From a virus (taxonomy: Duplodnaviria; Caudoviricetes): a DNA stretch of 41,325 bases. Both the position numbers and the translations under genes were made by a program. How positions within the stretch are numbered: position 1 is the stretch's first letter; each line of letters begins with the position of its first letter. Of this stretch, positions 1-6,667 are shown one piece after another. Location of the stretch: IMG/VR virus record IMGVR_UViG_3300020045_003191, positions 1 to 41,325 of that record; one strand, given 5' to 3'. The notes below the pieces were generated by a model. It made no database searches and had not been told where the DNA came from. It saw nothing but the letters and a program-made list of their open reading frames with translations.

Positions 1-4
1 CAGG

Positions 5-211
5 GTGCTGGATTTTGATAGTGGCTGGGGCAGAGTGAAAACTTACAAACTCTCTGATACCCCGTATTATGACGAGGATTGCATTCACGAGGTTTACATG
101 ATAAATAGGGAGAATAGATTAGTTCCGATTAGGTCATACCCTGTAAAGATAATACTCATATCCGACACAGGGTATTTATACATCCCCATGAGTAGATTGA
201 AGGCATTGTAA
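5..211 (+). CDS. C-terminal part of a hypothetical protein (5'-truncated); possible distant homologue of the 38105-38824 protein
   Basis: Frame open to the window edge; ends GYLYIPMSRLKAL vs DWYIPLECLEPA, and GRVKTYKLSD vs GKVVTFTKAD; same downstream context (hairpin, then GGGCTAAC). Confidence 0.55.
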   Translation: MLDFDSGWGRVKTYKLSDTPYYDEDCIHEVYMINRENRLVPIRSYPVKIILISDTGYLYIPMSRLKAL

Positions 212-212
212 A

Positions 213-238
213 CCCGCCCTCCTGTTGACGAGGGCGGG
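213..238. terminator. GC-rich hairpin between convergent units
   Basis: CCCGCCCTC-ctgttgac-GAGGGCGGG, 9-bp perfect stem just after the stop at 211. Confidence 0.6.
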
Positions 239-334
239 CTAACGGCTTGCGTTAGTTGCGGGAAACGGCGGGACGAGAAAAAGCCGTCAGTTTTGCCGAA
301 GCCCGTTTACCGTCAACTGCACGCTTTGTTGGGC
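237..334 (-). repeat. attC: attC site (98 bp)
   Basis: Minus strand GCCCAAC-AAAGC-GTGCAGTT-GAC...GC-AACTAAC-GCAAGCC-GTTAGCC gives R''/L''/L'/R' boxes with extrahelical bases. Confidence 0.88.
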
Positions 335-448
335 GGCTTCACAGATTGCAATGATACGATTGCATTCTTCAAACACTGTCTGTTTGTCACCTACGTTTGC
401 AAGCAACTTTATTGCAGATGCCCGCATAATTATTTCATCAATATCCAT
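287..448 (-). CDS. Cassette gene, 53-aa hypothetical protein (MDIDEIIMR...)
   Basis: ATG at 448 after AAGGAG; stop lies in the attC loop. Confidence 0.7.
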   Translation of the reverse strand: MDIDEIIMRASAIKLLANVGDKQTVFEECNRIIAICEAAQQSVQLTVNGLRQN

Positions 449-477
449 TTTGCTCCTTATGCCGTTGAGCGAGAGCC

Positions 478-602
478 GCCCAACGGATTGCGTTAGGCGC
501 GTGTGCGCCCGCAGAACGAACATATACGAGAACCATTGCCAAGCGTGATAGTGTAGTCTTTCGAGTGTGCCTTGCACACGTCGCCTGCACGCATTGTTAG
601 GT
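478..602 (-). repeat. attC: attC site (125 bp)
   Basis: Minus strand ACCTAAC-AATGC-GTGCAGGC-GAC-GTGTGC...GCACAC-GC-GCCTAAC-GCAATCC-GTTGGGC. Confidence 0.88.
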
Positions 603-738
603 GCGACCTGACCCACGCATAAAACGCTCGGATGTTTCCAGCTACTAAAGTTTTATGTATATCTGGTGTGTCATTCGACCACTTTAGTTTACGGATATAT
701 TCCTCTATCAATTCAAGATTTTCGTCAACTTGTGTCAT
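493..738 (-). CDS. Cassette gene, 81-aa hypothetical protein with C-terminal CxxH...CxxC
   Basis: ATG at 738 after GGAGG; C-terminal ~35 aa encoded by the attC; stop is the TAA of the L' box. Confidence 0.7.
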   Translation of the reverse strand: MTQVDENLELIEEYIRKLKWSNDTPDIHKTLVAGNIRAFYAWVRSHLTMRAGDVCKAHSKDYTITLGNGSRICSFCGRTRA

Positions 739-751
739 TGTGCCTCCTAGC

Positions 752-880
752 ATCTAACGGCTGGCGTTACCCGCAAGTGGGCGGAACGCTGATAACCTGG
801 TTTGACGGGGCCAATTCCCCGGTGGGTAAAATTTCCGAAGCGGGAGAATCCCCACTTGTCGGGTGGACGCGATGTTCGGC
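752..880 (-). repeat. attC: attC site (129 bp)
   Basis: Minus strand GCCGAAC-ATCGC-GTCCACCC-GAC-AAGTGGG...CCCACTT-GC-GGGTAAC-GCCAGCC-GTTAGAT. Confidence 0.88.
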
Positions 881-1072
881 GGCTTCAAGCATGGCAATTT
901 CTTTTTTACTGTTAAGACACTTGCGATGCAAGAATATTTGGTATGGCTTGTCGTAAGTCTCTGCCATACCGTAAAGCCTGATTACGTTCTCGCCTTCAAT
1001 TCGCCTGCCGCACTCTTCGCAATATCGGACGCGGCGAGATTTTTTTATTATCCGAACTGATAATGTTGGCAT
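767..1072 (-). CDS. First cassette gene, 101-aa zinc-finger-like protein (CEEC...HRKC)
   Basis: ATG after AAGGAGAG; CxxC/HxxC motif; stop in the L' box of the attC. Confidence 0.75.
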   Translation of the reverse strand: MPTLSVRIIKKSRRVRYCEECGRRIEGENVIRLYGMAETYDKPYQIFLHRKCLNSKKEIAMLEAAEHRVHPTSGDSPASEILPTGELAPSNQVISVPPTCG

Positions 1073-1095
1073 AGTCTCTCCTTTGCGGACGTGCC

Positions 1096-1128
1096 GCCGA
1101 ACTATGATTTATACATTAGACTTATACA
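1096..1128 (-). other. attI: attI-like recombination site
   Basis: Minus strand TGTATAA-gtctaa-TGTATAAA-TCATA-G^TTCGGC; lone R core with no hairpin partner, TAAA-N5-GTT geometry as in class 1 attI1, short direct repeats. Confidence 0.65.
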
Positions 1129-1156
1129 ATTATAATCAATTACTATCAGATGTCAA
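1129..1156 (-). promoter_or_regulatory. Sigma70-type promoter facing the cassette array (Pc equivalent)
   Basis: TTGACA (1156-1151), 16 nt, TATAAT (1134-1129). Confidence 0.8.
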
Positions 1157-1442
1157 GTACTAATTTATTGTACCCGGCATCAATACACTGCTGACGCGTG
1201 ACGCCGCGCCGCTTCGCTTTTTCCTCTTGTGCTGGCGACCACGAGACCGTATAAGACCGCTTGCGCCATTCTTCTGACACACGCTTGCGTCGTAGCCATA
1301 AATGGACGCTTCCGTCAATGTTTATGGTGTACTCCCACTTCCGCCCGCAAGCGCGGCACGGGATGGAGCGCGCGCCAGTAGATATGATCTCGGCTCCGCA
1401 CCCGACGCCTTTTGGGTCACGGCATATCGTTTTTGTTTTCAT
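1146..1442 (-). CDS. 98-aa zinc-ribbon plus ribbon-helix-helix-like putative regulator
   Basis: C...C/CRAC motif, then SYTVSWSPAQEEKAKRRGVTRQQCI; ATG overlaps the upstream stop. Confidence 0.5.
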   Translation of the reverse strand: MKTKTICRDPKGVGCGAEIISTGARSIPCRACGRKWEYTINIDGSVHLWLRRKRVSEEWRKRSYTVSWSPAQEEKAKRRGVTRQQCIDAGYNKLVLDI

Positions 1443-1834
1443 TCGCACTCGCTTTCGCCGCCGATAGCCTGCCCGCATATAAACCTTGCACCATCCCCCG
1501 GCGGTGTGATCTGGACAAAGCCATTCTCGACTACGCCGTAAATCATAACTGTGTCACCGGGACAGACATATCCGACGCGGTTGTCGCCAATTTCAGGCGC
1601 GGATCTGATGTGCCAACAGGCAGAACCGATCTCGCCAATTACCACCATTTCGCGGGGGTATGGGTCGGAGGTCGGTTTTACCGTTTGCGATTGAATTTGA
1701 GGCTGAATTTTGGCAGATTCAACGGTTTTTTCAGCGGTTGGCAAAGCCTGAATGGCGGCATTAGACACGCCGCAAGCGATTTGCGCCAGTACTAATATTG
1801 TCAACGTAATGAGTATGATTGTAAACTTATTCAT
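1439..1834 (-). CDS. Secreted/lipoprotein with SH3b-like domain
   Basis: Signal peptide with IAC-G lipobox, P/T-rich linker, WHIRSAP...VGYVCPGDTVMI...NGFVQI. Confidence 0.65.
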   Translation of the reverse strand: MNKFTIILITLTILVLAQIACGVSNAAIQALPTAEKTVESAKIQPQIQSQTVKPTSDPYPREMVVIGEIGSACWHIRSAPEIGDNRVGYVCPGDTVMIYGVVENGFVQITPPGDGARFICGQAIGGESECE

Positions 1835-2043
1835 TTCGTCTCACTCTCTGCCAACGCTTGCGCGGCGTTGGCTGTGTCTATAAGCCTGACAACGTTCCCC
1901 GTCTGTGACCTTATCGCTTTAGCGTTGGCAATCCCAAACCAGACACGCCCGGTCTTTTTATCATTGCAAATAATGAGTTGACCGTTCATTGCCAACGCTT
2001 GCAGTCCTGTCCAACTGACTGCCAACGCTTGTTCCCTTGTCAT
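1831..2043 (-). CDS. Hypothetical protein (MTREQALAVS...)
   Basis: ATG at 2043 after GGGAGAA; stop overlaps the next start. Confidence 0.5.
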   Translation of the reverse strand: MTREQALAVSWTGLQALAMNGQLIICNDKKTGRVWFGIANAKAIRSQTGNVVRLIDTANAAQALAESETK

Positions 2044-2345
2044 TTCTCCCTGCCAACGCTTCGCTTCCGTTGGCTGTAGCGTTGGCAATGTCGAAGAGGG
2101 GCTTAAGTTCGCTGTACTGTTGCTTCCGCTGTCCTTCGCTTTTTGCACCGACATACCAGACCGCCTTTCGTTCCTTGTTTCTCTCTCGCCAACTAATGCC
2201 GCGCAACATACCGTACTTGTTTCTTCGTGGCTCTAAGCGTGTTGGCTGTTCAAATATAGCGTTGGCTGTGTCTATTATCTCTATGTCGTTACTGAGTGCC
2301 AACGCTTGCGGTATCTCTGCCAACGCTTGCGCGGCGTTGGCTGTG
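1845..2345. repeat. Cluster of GCCAACGC motifs in both orientations, bounded by a 32-bp direct repeat
   Basis: TGCCAACGCTT at 1849, 1990, 2020, 2051, 2297, 2318; GCGTTGGC at 1865, 1922, 2079, 2259, 2334; 1845-1876 identical to 2314-2345. Confidence 0.9.
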
Positions 2346-2410
2346 CCACTTTCCGCCGCCGCCGCCTCCCGTACCAGCGGAGGCAGAGCGGCTAGGAAGG
2401 GTGGTTTACG
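1961..2410 (-). CDS. Basic hypothetical ORF, probably a -1 frameshift extension of the upstream membrane protein
   Basis: Frame open 2410-1961 with no upstream ATG/RBS; overlaps the end of 2392-3141 in the -1 frame. Confidence 0.45.
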   Translation of the reverse strand, partial: RKPPFLAALPPLVREAAAAESGTANAAQALAEIPQALALSNDIEIIDTANAIFEQPTRLEPRRNKYGMLRGISWRERNKERKAVWYVGAKSEGQRKQQYSELKPLFDIANATANGSEALAGRNDKGTSVGSQLDRTASVGNERSTHYLQ

Positions 2411-3141
2411 TCACGATCTGCGAGCTTCGCCTGTTCGGTATCTTGCGGAAATGCGCCAGCGGGTCGGGCTGTAAACTGTTGCGGCGGTTGACGCTTTTGT
2501 ACACGCTCTGTTGGCTTTGCCTGCTTATCGCCTCTCAAAATGCGGATGATATTTTCGACTTCATCAACACCATATTTGCTTTCAAGCGAACTGATAACAG
2601 ACAACAAATCGTTCCCGCTTTCCAGTAATTGCGTGGCTACCTGTGCGTTCAACTCTTGGTCAAGCATTTTTGACATTGCCTGTTTCTTATGGCGACGACG
2701 CGCTACGTCTGGGTCATTGTAAAAATAAAGCATCCCAACGACGGTATGTAAACCCGTCAGAATAACAACCGACCCCAAGAGGAAGTCAGCCCACGTTCCT
2801 TGAAAACCAAGAAAATCAGCCACACCTAAAAAGATAGACGTGGCGAAGGCGATACCCGCCATAACAAGAGATACCTTGCGCCAATTCTCTGTAGTGGAAT
2901 TGTACTGCCATGCAATCTCCCAAATCAGGAACGGGATAGCACACGCCGCCGACGCCGACAAAGCCTTCCACCATGAAAGGGTGAGACCATAAACCACATC
3001 GAAGGCGCGCACGTCTGCAATGATAACCATTAGATTCGCAAACACCGCCATGATAAGCGGGGCATTACTTACAACGTTTCGTTCAAACCACCCTTCCTCA
3101 TTCTGCGACTGCAATAAATCACTTACTTTTTTTTGTGTCAT
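2392..3141 (-). CDS. Four-transmembrane membrane protein with cytoplasmic helical tail
   Basis: Four hydrophobic segments; ATG at 3141 after GAGG. Confidence 0.7.
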   Translation of the reverse strand: MTQKKVSDLLQSQNEEGWFERNVVSNAPLIMAVFANLMVIIADVRAFDVVYGLTLSWWKALSASAACAIPFLIWEIAWQYNSTTENWRKVSLVMAGIAFATSIFLGVADFLGFQGTWADFLLGSVVILTGLHTVVGMLYFYNDPDVARRRHKKQAMSKMLDQELNAQVATQLLESGNDLLSVISSLESKYGVDEVENIIRILRGDKQAKPTERVQKRQPPQQFTARPAGAFPQDTEQAKLADRDVNHPS

Positions 3142-3146
3142 TTTAT

Positions 3147-3365
3147 TTACCTCTTCCTTTTCGGGATTGGAATTTCCCAATATTTATACATCGCTCTTCC
3201 GTACTTGTGTGGGTCGTAAGGCAACCATACACCATCGCGCTTTCGATAAAACATATCTGCGTTCTCGATCTTTACTATTGTTACCCAAAGAAACAATACA
3301 GCACCAACAACAACACCAACCAAAAAGAAAACAATGTAAATCACTTCAGCCCCCAGTTCTCGCAA
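3147..3365 (-). CDS. Small single-pass membrane protein
   Basis: Hydrophobic stretch VIYIVFFLVGVVVGAVLFLWV; packed in operon. Confidence 0.5.
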   Translation of the reverse strand: MRELGAEVIYIVFFLVGVVVGAVLFLWVTIVKIENADMFYRKRDGVWLPYDPHKYGRAMYKYWEIPIPKRKR

Positions 3366-3565
3366 ATGTTATTCCAGCGTTCGCTCATAGTAACTCCTCT
3401 TTCGTATGTGTCAACCGCACTATTCAACGGGGCGGGGGCGTCTACGATCTGCCAAAGGTTGTAACCGATATGCAGTATCGAACGTATAACATTGCCCGGC
3501 GCGCTTGCGCCGTCTGTCCGCTTTGCGGCTTCGTAGTAGTTGCGGGCGTGGAATGGGTCGCTCAT
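3341..3565 (-). CDS. Hypothetical protein
   Basis: ATG start, operon packing. Confidence 0.4.
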   Translation of the reverse strand: MSDPFHARNYYEAAKRTDGASAPGNVIRSILHIGYNLWQIVDAPAPLNSAVDTYERGVTMSERWNNICENWGLK

Positions 3566-3648
3566 GTTATCCTGTCAAAACGTACAGGGCGTAACCGACC
3601 ATTATACAAAAAAGAACTATTCCAAAACAATTCAAAAAGTCTTTCATG

Positions 3649-3939
3649 TTATGCCTCTTGCTTTCCGTGTATCCTGTTATGCTCTTCACGCGTAACGGGT
3701 TGCAGGTCTGATAACCGCTCCCGTCCCGTGATAAACCACTTACCAATCACAGGGACAAAATGATACCATTGCGGCTTGCCTATCCGTGCGTAGGTCAAGT
3801 GATGAATGTCGACTCTGCCAGTTACGCCGTGTTGTTTCTTGACCTTCAAGCGCAGGCGATACCAATAGGGCGAGCGCATATAGATGCGATCTTTCCAGAA
3901 CTTGTAAAGCCGGGGCGGGAGGTAGAGATAGTCAGTCAA
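3649..3939 (-). CDS. Small HNH endonuclease-like protein
   Basis: YMRSPYW...DIHHLTY...ERLSDLQPVTREEHNRIH. Confidence 0.7.
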   Translation of the reverse strand: MTDYLYLPPRLYKFWKDRIYMRSPYWYRLRLKVKKQHGVTGRVDIHHLTYARIGKPQWYHFVPVIGKWFITGRERLSDLQPVTREEHNRIHGKQEA

Positions 3940-4238
3940 TTTATGCGCCTCTCATTGATTACGTCCGCCATTTCTTCCGGCGTCTCAATGACATAAAAAT
4001 CAATCCCGCCCGCTTTACACTCTGCCTGCAACGTCAATTCATCTGATGTTAATTTCCTGTCAGACGGACGTTGACTCGGATTCTTGACCTCAACAAAAAA
4101 CATGGGAAAATCCTTGACTAAAATATCCGCGCCGTCGCCCTCTCGCAATAGAATGTATCCAATACCCGCACGTGATAACACTGCTGTGATTAGCGGCTCA
4201 TTCATGTCCCTGTGTCCTACTGCAAAACGACTTGGCAT
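3936..4238 (-). CDS. VRR-NUC / PD-(D/E)XK nuclease (resolvase-like)
   Basis: RDxNE...GADILV...FVEVKNP...KLTSDE pattern. Confidence 0.75.
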   Translation of the reverse strand: MPSRFAVGHRDMNEPLITAVLSRAGIGYILLREGDGADILVKDFPMFFVEVKNPSQRPSDRKLTSDELTLQAECKAGGIDFYVIETPEEMADVINERRIN

Positions 4239-4263
4239 TGTTTCATCCTGTCCGGGCGGTATG

Positions 4264-4569
4264 TCATGGCTTGCGCTCCAGTAACTTTGCGTATGCCTTG
4301 AGTTTCGCCGTAAACTCAAAAAACTTTTGGGCATCATCTCCACTCACCCAAATATTCGCAATTCCATTGTTTACAGCGTTCACAATAAATTGACCGTCCG
4401 CTTCAATCGCCTGCAGGCGGGCGAGGTTTCTTTTTAGGGTGACTATATCTATAATACGATTCTTCCCAAAGTCAAATAATTCCTCCCATGAGGATTCGTT
4501 TTTTGGAAAATCATCCTCTACTTCGGTTCCTGCTACAAGGTCATCTATATATTTATAAAATGCGCTCAT
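4264..4569 (-). CDS. Hypothetical protein
   Basis: ATG overlapping the upstream stop. Confidence 0.55.
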   Translation of the reverse strand: MSAFYKYIDDLVAGTEVEDDFPKNESSWEELFDFGKNRIIDIVTLKRNLARLQAIEADGQFIVNAVNNGIANIWVSGDDAQKFFEFTAKLKAYAKLLERKP

Positions 4570-4763
4570 CCTTGCCTCATTACCATCTGATTGACCTGCT
4601 CATTCGTGAGCAGGTTCATATCCACGTACCGCGGGCGGGGCTTCGTGTCCCGCCATAACTGGATAAAGCCTAACAGCCAGAACGCGATCATCAATGCGGC
4701 GAAGGGGGAGGGAGGGGTCATGTTATAACATCCTATATCTGTACTGCCTACCAACCCGCTCAC
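4566..4763 (-). CDS. Small membrane protein (start may be the internal MTPP)
   Basis: FAALMIAFWLLGFI hydrophobic helix. Confidence 0.45.
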   Translation of the reverse strand: MSGLVGSTDIGCYNMTPPSPFAALMIAFWLLGFIQLWRDTKPRPRYVDMNLLTNEQVNQMVMRQG

Positions 4764-4956
4764 GCTTCGCCTTGCCTTGTTTGACTAATTCATCCAGCCA
4801 AATTTTTACAGTAGAGCGACCTACACGCCCCGCCCAATAATCGTACAAATCGAACGTTGGATAGGGCGTCATCTTTTCCTGCTCTGTTTTCCATTTGTTA
4901 TATGCTTCGTCTAAAGTCATGGTATAAGATATACCATTAACTGTACTGCCCGTCAA
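4723..4956 (-). CDS. Small winged-helix DNA-binding protein
   Basis: GRSTVKIWLDELVKQGKAKRERVGRQYRY wHTH pattern. Confidence 0.6.
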   Translation of the reverse strand: MTGSTVNGISYTMTLDEAYNKWKTEQEKMTPYPTFDLYDYWAGRVGRSTVKIWLDELVKQGKAKRERVGRQYRYRML

Positions 4957-5162
4957 GGTCTGTAATTTACCAATAACACCCTCTGCCCGTCCACAACGTC
5001 ACTTGTGATAAAACCCTTATCCTTCAACCGTCGCAATATCGCCTCGACGTTGTAGCCGAGTTTTCTTTCGATAGCCATGCGTCCGGGGTTGTTTTTGTAC
5101 CTGTCCTGGAATTGACAGATATATTCCAGTACTTCACGCTCACGCGGTTTGAGGGGAATCAC
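4953..5162 (-). CDS. LexA-N-terminal-like winged-helix protein
   Basis: LKPREREVLEYICQF...P...IERKLG...LRRLKDKGFI. Confidence 0.65.
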   Translation of the reverse strand: MIPLKPREREVLEYICQFQDRYKNNPGRMAIERKLGYNVEAILRRLKDKGFITSDVVDGQRVLLVNYRP

Positions 5163-5313
5163 CCCACCTCTTCCCCGCCGTGCGCGGGTTCGCTGTCTGC
5201 TATCAGTTTCAGGCACACCGGACAGGTGACGGCTTCCTTCACGTTGGTGATACTCATCCAGTCCAGTGCGCCGCACATGACGGTAATCTCTCTCATGCTG
5301 TTGGTGTAGTGGG

Positions 5314-5865
5314 TCATTTCATTGCCTCTATAACGGATTTCAACGCCGCTCTCATTCTGTTTGTCAATCTGTTTTGATATTCGTATTCATCCGATAACAT
5401 AGACTCGGCTTGTCTACTGATACGGTCACAGTCATGTAAGAAAAAATCAACATCCAATTCCTGCCCGCTGTCTGCAAATTTCAACACGCCAGCGATGGAT
5501 GGGTTCCAGCCTTTCGATATGCAGTTGTCAAAATAGGCGTTTACTTTTTCCTGTTCAACTTGCAATTCCTTGACGCGCCGATTCCATTGCATCTTGGTAA
5601 ATCCATAATCAAGCAAGGTAACACGCGTGTTACCTTGCCCCCCGTGCTGGATTTCAGGCAGTATCAATTCTGTTGTCTTGCGCCGCGCCAGCAGGTATAT
5701 GCGAGTTGCAATAACCATAGTCTCATAATCATGTTGTTCTTTTGCGTAGGCTATTGCGGCGGCTGATATTGCTTCGACTGCCTGAGTCTCTTGTGGCGTG
5801 CCTGCGTTCGTCAGTTTGTTTTCGATGTAGCTGATGGGTAGGATGTTGGATTGTGTCATCTCCAT
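5314..5865 (-). CDS. Hypothetical protein
   Basis: 183-aa ORF in the operon. Confidence 0.6.
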   Translation of the reverse strand: MEMTQSNILPISYIENKLTNAGTPQETQAVEAISAAAIAYAKEQHDYETMVIATRIYLLARRKTTELILPEIQHGGQGNTRVTLLDYGFTKMQWNRRVKELQVEQEKVNAYFDNCISKGWNPSIAGVLKFADSGQELDVDFFLHDCDRISRQAESMLSDEYEYQNRLTNRMRAALKSVIEAMK

Positions 5866-6086
5866 GCCGCCAATTCTGCCTCACGGCTGTATTCTGCCAG
5901 TACGATCTCCGCTATTTCATCGTCGCTGTATTCTGTGTTCGGACTGGCTCTGTAGTAATCATCATGCTTGCCAAAGTATGATGTGATGTAGAACGGACGG
6001 TTATCGGGATAGTCACGACAAAGTTCGTATGTTATTTTTCGCCAACCATAACGGCGGGCTAGTGTTTCAATCTTGAATTTGGTCAT
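5856..6086 (-). CDS. Hypothetical protein
   Basis: ATG ORF overlapping the next start. Confidence 0.5.
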   Translation of the reverse strand: MTKFKIETLARRYGWRKITYELCRDYPDNRPFYITSYFGKHDDYYRASPNTEYSDDEIAEIVLAEYSREAELAAWR

Positions 6087-6139
6087 GGGTTATATCCATT
6101 CTGTCGGGTCTGTTGGTTCCGGCTCTGGCAGTGGGTGGG

Positions 6140-6667
6140 TCATTTTATCCTCAGTTCGGGTGCGATAAAAGGAACGCCTATAAGATTGAAAACATCCTGT
6201 TCTTCGGGCGTTTCAACAACATGATTGTTGCTCCAAATTGCGCCGCCTTCAACACGGTAATTAGACGGCATCAAGCCTCCATATTTGCGCGACGTAACAA
6301 GTCTATGACTGAAATCAGCAGAGCCAGTCCGTATCATAAACTGTATACCCCATTGTGCGGGAGGTGTGATGATAAACAAATCAAGAGTCAATCCTTCCTC
6401 AAGTTCAATCTGCTTATATTTATGCCCGCCCTTGACTGGCTTCCCATACTTAGACCAATCCACCGAATCAAGCATGTGATTTTCGCTTATCGTTCCAAAC
6501 ATGTCTGTCTCGAATTTAGGAATGGCTACAAGTTCAATATCTCCCACCTCCGGTTTTAGCCTTCTTAAACTTCCTGCTATTTCAATTCTTTGACAAAAAG
6601 GCGCAAGCCTTTCAATAACGCTCTTGGCAATATTCCACGCTTCTGCGTGATAGAGTTTGCGTTTCAT
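6140..6667 (-). CDS. Minimal family X DNA polymerase / nucleotidyltransferase (palm plus C-terminal domain)
   Basis: AGSLRR...GDIELV, third acidic residue in LDLF, RTGSADF, EEQDVFNLIGVPFIAPELR. Confidence 0.85.
   Translation of the reverse strand: MKRKLYHAEAWNIAKSVIERLAPFCQRIEIAGSLRRLKPEVGDIELVAIPKFETDMFGTISENHMLDSVDWSKYGKPVKGGHKYKQIELEEGLTLDLFIITPPAQWGIQFMIRTGSADFSHRLVTSRKYGGLMPSNYRVEGGAIWSNNHVVETPEEQDVFNLIGVPFIAPELRIK

Larger units (their letters stand above)
237..1156 (-). mobile_element. Integron-like cassette array 1: promoter, attI-like site, three cassettes, no integrase
   Basis: Three attC sites alternate with single RBS-led ORFs; cassette start cores match their own attC R'' cores. 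Confidence 0.85.

Noticed and set aside
287-616. 109-aa ORF as called in the track, and the extended starts at 753, 39339 and 40496
   Set aside because: The extensions begin in or run through attC sequence; RBS-supported starts are at 448, 738, 39291 and 40475
237-880. The palindromes as simple terminators or REP elements
   Set aside because: No U-tracts; conserved asymmetric spacers, bulged bases and self-matching cores fit attC much better
1845-1876. Additional attC sites from the GCCAAC...GTTGGC palindromes
   Set aside because: Only 23 bp long, with no L boxes or cassette organisation
1845-2345. CRISPR array
   Set aside because: Repeats are 8-11 bp, in both orientations, irregularly spaced and inside ORFs; no cas genes
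3020-3763. 247-aa plus-strand ORF and other antisense ORFs in the track
   Set aside because: They shadow tightly packed, RBS-led genes on the opposite strand and show no recognisable motifs
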